Origin: Diadema antillarum
Lineage: Eukaryota
Direction: 5' to 3'
DNA length: 64,000 bases
Assembly: GCF_040938485.1 (NCBI RefSeq)
Contig: NW_027271562.1
Coordinates: 186,001-250,000, forward strand
In this document: positions 58,720 through 64,000 of the stretch, in pieces
Layout: every line of letters begins with the position of its first letter
Position numbering within the stretch: position 1 is the first letter of the stretch
Notes under the pieces: model-generated
What the model was told of the DNA's origin: nothing
Databases searched by the model: none
What the model saw: the letters and a program-made list of their open reading frames with translations, nothing else
Position numbers and translations under genes: made by a program

Positions 58720-59686
58720 ATGTAAATACAACAAATGAAATATTCCCTGTGGGCTATATACCGGTACGCACTTTACAATTATCCATTGCAAGCACATTGA
58801 AACATACACAAAAATATTAACATATTACATTCCAAGTGACCGGGATAAGGTTCTATGGTCATGTAAACATAAAAGACACAAGCTGTATACATTGATGTAA
58901 AGCTGAACAAAAATATTCACTTTACAAATCAATAAGTCTTGGGGAAGATTAAAATAAAGCAAGTATCCCTGTAGCAGACTGACGAATATGCTGTGGTATT
59001 TAATTTCATAATCATGGGGCAGCAACCGAAAAGGACCTGGTACCATACAATACTAACTTTATATGGGAACAGAGTGAAGTGATTGATGGTGTGACTGCGT
59101 GTGCATGATGTATTGTGATGGGAACAGGTTGGAGAACCATTATTTTGCTTGACATAATGTGAACTATATTAACATTTTGTACGAATAAACGAAATCACTG
59201 CGGTTTCTTTCGGGCAGTGGGCAATTTGTTGACTGTTCTTTCTGCACATGGTGTCATAGTTTCCACCTGCTCCGAATGTTTGAGTCATTTATAGTCTTTT
59301 ACTTCAATGAAAATTCCCTTTGCCCCCCCCCCCCCCCCCCCCAGTGTACCTCTGTTTTAGCGTAAGCTTATAATAAGCGTAAAAGTTGATTAGTCAGCAC
59401 TGTGGTCACTTGTGTCTAGGTCCCTCGTATGAACTTTTTTTTCCATTATGTTCTCTTTCATATGAATAAATATTCCAAACCCTGACTTCTCAATCGTAAC
59501 TATTGAACCCGTTTAGAATATTTTTCGTATTATTTTAAGTAATAATGGTCTCTAGTCGTTGTTTAAAGGCAGGCAAACCTCAGACGTATTGCCGAGTTGT
59601 CATAAAAATATTATTGTGAAAGACTTGTACTGCATCACAGTGGAATAACTCGAGCAAACTAGGAAGCAGCTCTTATACTAGAGTAA

Positions 59687-59843
59687 CCTCGGTCCCGTGT
59701 CATAAAACTTGTTGTCAGTAACAACTGCCATCACATTTCTATGACAAATTTGCTCTCAGCCAATCAGATGCAAGGATTTCAGTAGCTTATAAGAAGTATC
59801 GTAACTTGTAATTGATAACAAGTTATATGAAACGGGGCCCTGG
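59687..59843. mobile_element. Short MITE (Harbinger-like termini by inference)
   Basis: Degenerate TIR GGTCCCGTGTCATAAAACTTGT / ACAAGTTATATGAAACGGGGCC. Confidence 0.5.
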
Positions 59844-62789
59844 TTCCATCATCAAGTTTGACGCCCGACGTACCTTGCCCCGTTAGACATTAAAGGTAGG
59901 GAATCCGTTGTGTAAATACAAAGGTACGTTGAAGAGAGTATCATTTTAGAAACTCCCATAAAGTATTGAAAGTGGAAGGTAACATTTAGTACATTTTTAT
60001 TGACCGTTAGATTTTGAATTGAATTTTTTTCGGGGCTCACCGTAAATTCCAGTACATTACTAGGCTACCTTTGCAGACTCATGCACTGCATGTGTGTCCA
60101 TCATGTATATTTTGTGAAGAAAGTTCATCAAAACTTACAAACATTTCTATATACATTCTTGCCACACACTCTTTATGTTATTACATCAGCTCTTATATTT
60201 TTAGATTTGTGTTTATAGATAAAAAATACAGAAGACTGCAACAAAAAGGCTTAAGTGTGGCTGACACACAGAACTACTGAGTAGTTGAGTTTTGTGCATT
60301 ATTCAAATTGTAGATAACTGTTGACTTCCAAATTTCTCAGCAGTGGACTAAACAAGTCCCCTGAGGTTCATATTTAATGTTTTGCTGCATTTTGGGAGGT
60401 CTGTAAAAGGTATCTCCTACCTTTAAGCCCTACTGGCATGTTCATAGAGGTGAAATTAAATTTCTATGCATGTTTCCATGGCAACCTCGGCGCTTTGCTG
60501 AGATTGACACACCAATCAGCAACTGAAATATACTGTATACATGCAAAATCAGTGTCGGCCCCGGAAAATAATCGGGGAAAATGTCGATGGAATGTAAAGC
60601 TCAATGACATTCCAAGGTATTTTGCATCAGAAAGGTAACGAATAATATCTATGAGCACATTTTCAAACTTGTCTGACTCTTATAGTCTTTCTGCAACCAT
60701 GGAACCAAGATTAAAGGGGCATTCCAGAATAATTCATAATTTCACATCATGTAGTAATAGGCCTACATAAATCGACAGTTCCATGTACAGATTTGTGGAA
60801 TTTATTGTGGTCCTTGAGTAGAGAAACCAATACTCTCAAAGATCTTTTACAAACAAATTACACTGAACAGTGCTGATGACATAGGAGCCTCACATAGTTC
60901 ATCCATGTAAGCGTAATTTCATTACAATACCGCTTGCGTAACAAGATCACCTGTGTATAGAATCTACGCATGCCTTCTTCTTTTGTTCTGCTTCCTTGAG
61001 CCCCAGCTCATGCATTCTTAAGGTGAGGCTGCCATGATTGTCATCATCCTTGTTCACTGCAATTTGTTATAAATTTTGAAAGCATTCACATTCCTCATCC
61101 CAATCATAAATTCTGAAACTCTGTACTAATTTACAGTTGTTCAAATGTAAAAGTCTGAAAATCGTCCGGAGGTTTCCTTTAAACATGTACAGAGTAGAAT
61201 GTTCCTCAGGCGTGACGAAATGCCGCTAATGAGTAGAGAGGAAACCTCGCTGTCTTCCTTTAATAATCTCGTCCTTCCACCTGTTACTCCATGAGTTGCT
61301 TAACCTCGATAACAAATACTGCATGTACTGACATATCGCTTCTAAACATTACGAACCGCGCGTTAAACATCATCTCTGCAAAATTACCGGAAGAAATAAT
61401 AATTACTTCATTGCGCGTCAATGCACGCAATTTCTTCATTTATTTTGTACTTTTATCATAATTTTACTGTCACTTAAATCGAATTGAATGTTCTACCTGC
61501 ATACATTCATATCTGCCTAGTTTGTGAGAGGTCTGTCGCTAGTAGGTCTATTAGTCATTCATTTCCTGCTTTTCACTTGTACAGTCTACTCGAAATGCGC
61601 AATTTATATCCACTCTTCAACAACCTTTTAGTCCGTTGTTTACGTCAAAATTATTTGAGAACAATCAAGTCTTGAAACACAATTTATCGTTATCTATATA
61701 TACTCCAGACCAAATTGCGGCAATTTATTTCGTTACGATATTTTCGAAAACGGAAAACTTTGATGAAATTCAACGCTTCTAGCCCTCCCAATCCATTACA
61801 CTGTATGTAAAACTGTATTTCAGTAACGAATATAAAATATGTCAGAAATGCTGCGACAGTATCCAACAAGAAGGAAAGTGGCAAGGGAATAAAAAATCGC
61901 CAGTAACAAAAGGTACCCTTAATGGAAAATTTTGATTAGCTTCTCCGACTTTCATCGACGAACGTGTTTCTGCCATTGCTCATTGCTCTCCATATACACC
62001 TGAATTAAAAAAAAAAAACAACAACAACAACACACACACACACCTTGGCTGAAAAAAAAAAACAACAGCAACAAAAAAGATAAACCAAAACAGGAAATTG
62101 ACTCGGGAAATACCCTTTTTGATATGCACCCAACGTCTACTCACGAGGTCTAGCTAATGCAATATTGTGAAAAATGGTGTCAAAGCAACCGTGCGCAAGA
62201 CTTTTATGACAATTATTGTTTGTAGTACGGGATTATTTAGCTCAGTCCGTAAATGTCAGACAACGATGATTATGTATATAAAGATATTATGTAGTAGATC
62301 CTATTCAAATGATAACGGGACCACATATTCATTTTGTCTAACACATAATTTTGTCCGGTCTTTAGCGCAGCACTTTCACGTCGCGATAGTGACCGAGCGA
62401 GTATTGCCCATCGATTCACTTACTTGTGAAAATGTCTGGGCCGTGGAATTATATCAAACTATACAAGGATCCATCCTTCGTCATTTTTAGTACAAATAAT
62501 ACACATCGTTTTCCTCAGGTATTAGTATAAATTACCCACACTCTGTACCTTCGAAACAGTTCTATCAGCCTCAGTTATCGCCTCGCGCGCATTATGGGCT
62601 GTTCCAAAAGTACCATGTGCATGTGGGTTATTTTTTACTAATGCCATCACTGTTGTGTTGTATAATCATCCCGCGCTCTGCAAGTGCGTTCGGGCAGGTG
62701 CATGGTGAAAATGCGGGATTAAAGTAATATTAATTTTGATGTTATGACAGTCACTCATGCGCTGGTTGTGGAATGACGTTCTCGAATGA

Positions 62790-63113
62790 TTCCTTCCTTA
62801 TATGCCATTGCTCAGGGCCGGTCATCGCCTGATCGCGAGCGGCTACCACGGATACGGTCGGCAAGCCAAGCTGAACCCGCTGAAGGTCATCCCTCCCTTC
62901 ATATTTCGTCCAATTCCTGATCACTCTAATATCAAAGAAAAATTAATACAGTTCCTTACTTACCTGGCCATTGTTCAGGGCCGGTCATCGCCTGATCGCG
63001 AGCGGCTACCCCGGATACGGTCGGCAAGCCAAGCTGAAACCGCTGAAGGTCATCCCTCCCCTCATATTTCGTCCAATTCCTGATCACTCTAATATCAAAG
63101 AAAAATTAATACA
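62790..63113. repeat. Direct tandem duplication, 2 x about 163 bp
   Basis: 62790-62950 versus 62952-63113; near-identical except around the splice-donor motif. Confidence 0.92.
62964..63088 (-). CDS. Candidate upstream GAL3ST exon (VIRNWTKYEGRDD...GPEQWP), 125 nt
   Basis: Acceptor tttttctttgatattag; consensus donor CAG|GTAAGTA; one open frame ending in phase 1, compatible with the exon starting at 58551; no recognisable homology. Confidence 0.42.
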
Positions 63114-63250
63114 AGAAGGTATCTTTGATATCATATTTATCTGTCAGTATGCATTAAAGTTTTATAGATAAATCAACAACAACTTGATTGAACCCTTGAA
63201 AGCAGTGTCTGGCAAACACATACATGTTCCTTTAGCACTGAAGTAATCTC

Positions 63251-63576
63251 GGGGTCAGATCCTACGAGACCGACACTCACGAGTCAAACAGCCCACGAGT
63301 CATACAGCCCATGAGTCATACAGCCCACGAGTCATACAGCCCACGAGTCATGCATCCCACGAGTCATACAGCCCATGAGTTCGACACTGGCAAATAAAGC
63401 CCATGAGTTTGACACTATACAGCCCACGAGTTCGACAGATACAGGCATACATGACCTGTGCCGGTCTCGGCGTGGGCCTTGTTTGCTTTAAATAGTGTCG
63501 AACCAGGGAGGTTGCACCTCCCTGGTCGAACTCATGGTCAGCATGACTCGTGGGTGTCGGTCTCGTGACGTGCACC
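63251..63576. mobile_element. Element with 23-bp subterminal inverted repeats and an internal 16-bp minisatellite
   Basis: ACGAGACCGACACTCACGAGTCA (63264-63286) pairs with 63544-63566 with 1 mismatch; unit GAGTCATACAGCCCAY about 6.5 times (63278-63381). Confidence 0.7.
63504..63524. mobile_element. 21-bp hairpin insertion CAGGGAGGT-TGC-ACCTCCCTG
   Basis: Perfect 7-bp duplication GTCGAAC; the empty-site sequence occurs in inverted form elsewhere in the host element (CCATGAGTTCGACAC near 63373-63387). Confidence 0.72.
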
Positions 63577-64000
63577 GGTATAACCACATAAAAATTACTA
63601 TCATTGAAATGACCCTCGAAAGACTCGAGAGAGCTACGAGAGGTGCCATAGCAAATTCAGATCCACCTCATGAAACAACAGTATTTCCTTCCATTGTATA
63701 CACAACTGGCAATTGCAGTAGGCCTACATCTGCTGTATGTTACAGTGTGCAGATTGCTGCTGAATGTAGTCAGACATCCGCGTCTGGCTTCCAGGGTTGG
63801 CTATTTTTGATTTGGCAAAATAAAAGTGATTTACACCGTTGTGTTTGACATCTCTTGGCGAAAGCCCTACTTTGGCACATGATTAGCCTAAGCAATTGCC
63901 TGTCCGTTATACAGGGTGATTCAGGTTCATCAAGGCCTGACAAAGTGAGCTCGATCGCTGCCAACTGGCAAGATTACATAGTATACATCCACTTCTTTGT

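Noticed and set aside
60951-61056. Purine-rich exon-like segment on the - strand (NKDDDNHGSLTLRMHELGLKEAEQKKK)
   Set aside because: Phase 1 to 2 does not fit between the phase-1 GAL3ST junctions; no homology recognised
61800-61917. Hydrophobic stretch (LLLLAIFYSLATFLLVGY) on the - strand as the GAL3ST signal anchor
   Set aside because: An in-frame stop lies immediately upstream, and there is no credible start or phase-1 donor
62957-62967. TACTTACCTGG resembling the U1 snRNA 5' end
   Set aside because: The following sequence does not match U1 (no stem-loops or Sm site). It is better read as a CAG|GTAAGTA donor on the - strand.
62804-63075. GC-rich duplicated unit as a self-cleaving ribozyme, 5S rRNA or SINE head
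   Set aside because: Could not fit hammerhead, HDV-like or twister cores, 5S, or tRNA A/B boxes
63278-63436. Regular short repeats (also 19760-19903) as a CRISPR array
   Set aside because: No unique spacers; eukaryotic context; ordinary minisatellites

Overview
Eukaryotic genomic DNA, AT-rich and repeat-dense. The repeat style suggests a sea urchin or another invertebrate deuterostome; that assignment is inference only. Main feature: a complete spliced DDX3/PL10/belle DEAD-box helicase gene on the + strand. I assembled 17 coding exons from ATG 4484 to TAG 36671, giving 2295 nt and 764 aa with all intron phases consistent; exon 4 (GC donor) and the exon 6 acceptor are the least certain parts. 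A long U-rich 3' region follows. Converging on it from the - strand is a galactose-3-O-sulfotransferase (GAL3ST family) gene with two clear exons and one candidate exon; its N-terminal transmembrane exon was not found. Between the two genes lie a piggyBac-type non-autonomous element and a 5'-truncated CR1/L2-group LINE with one frameshift. Many MITE-like elements are present. Most unusual observations: (1) two 21-22 bp hairpin insertions with 7-bp target-site duplications, plus larger relatives with the same duplication length; (2) a nested stack of palindromes upstream of DDX3, including a 762-bp spacerless palindrome; (3) candidate regulated splicing in DDX3 (GC-AG cassette, poison exon, NES-splitting microexon, inverted repeats flanking exons 10-16); (4) a tandemly duplicated candidate GAL3ST exon whose second copy lost its donor. 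No tRNA, rRNA, snRNA or CRISPR array was supportable.
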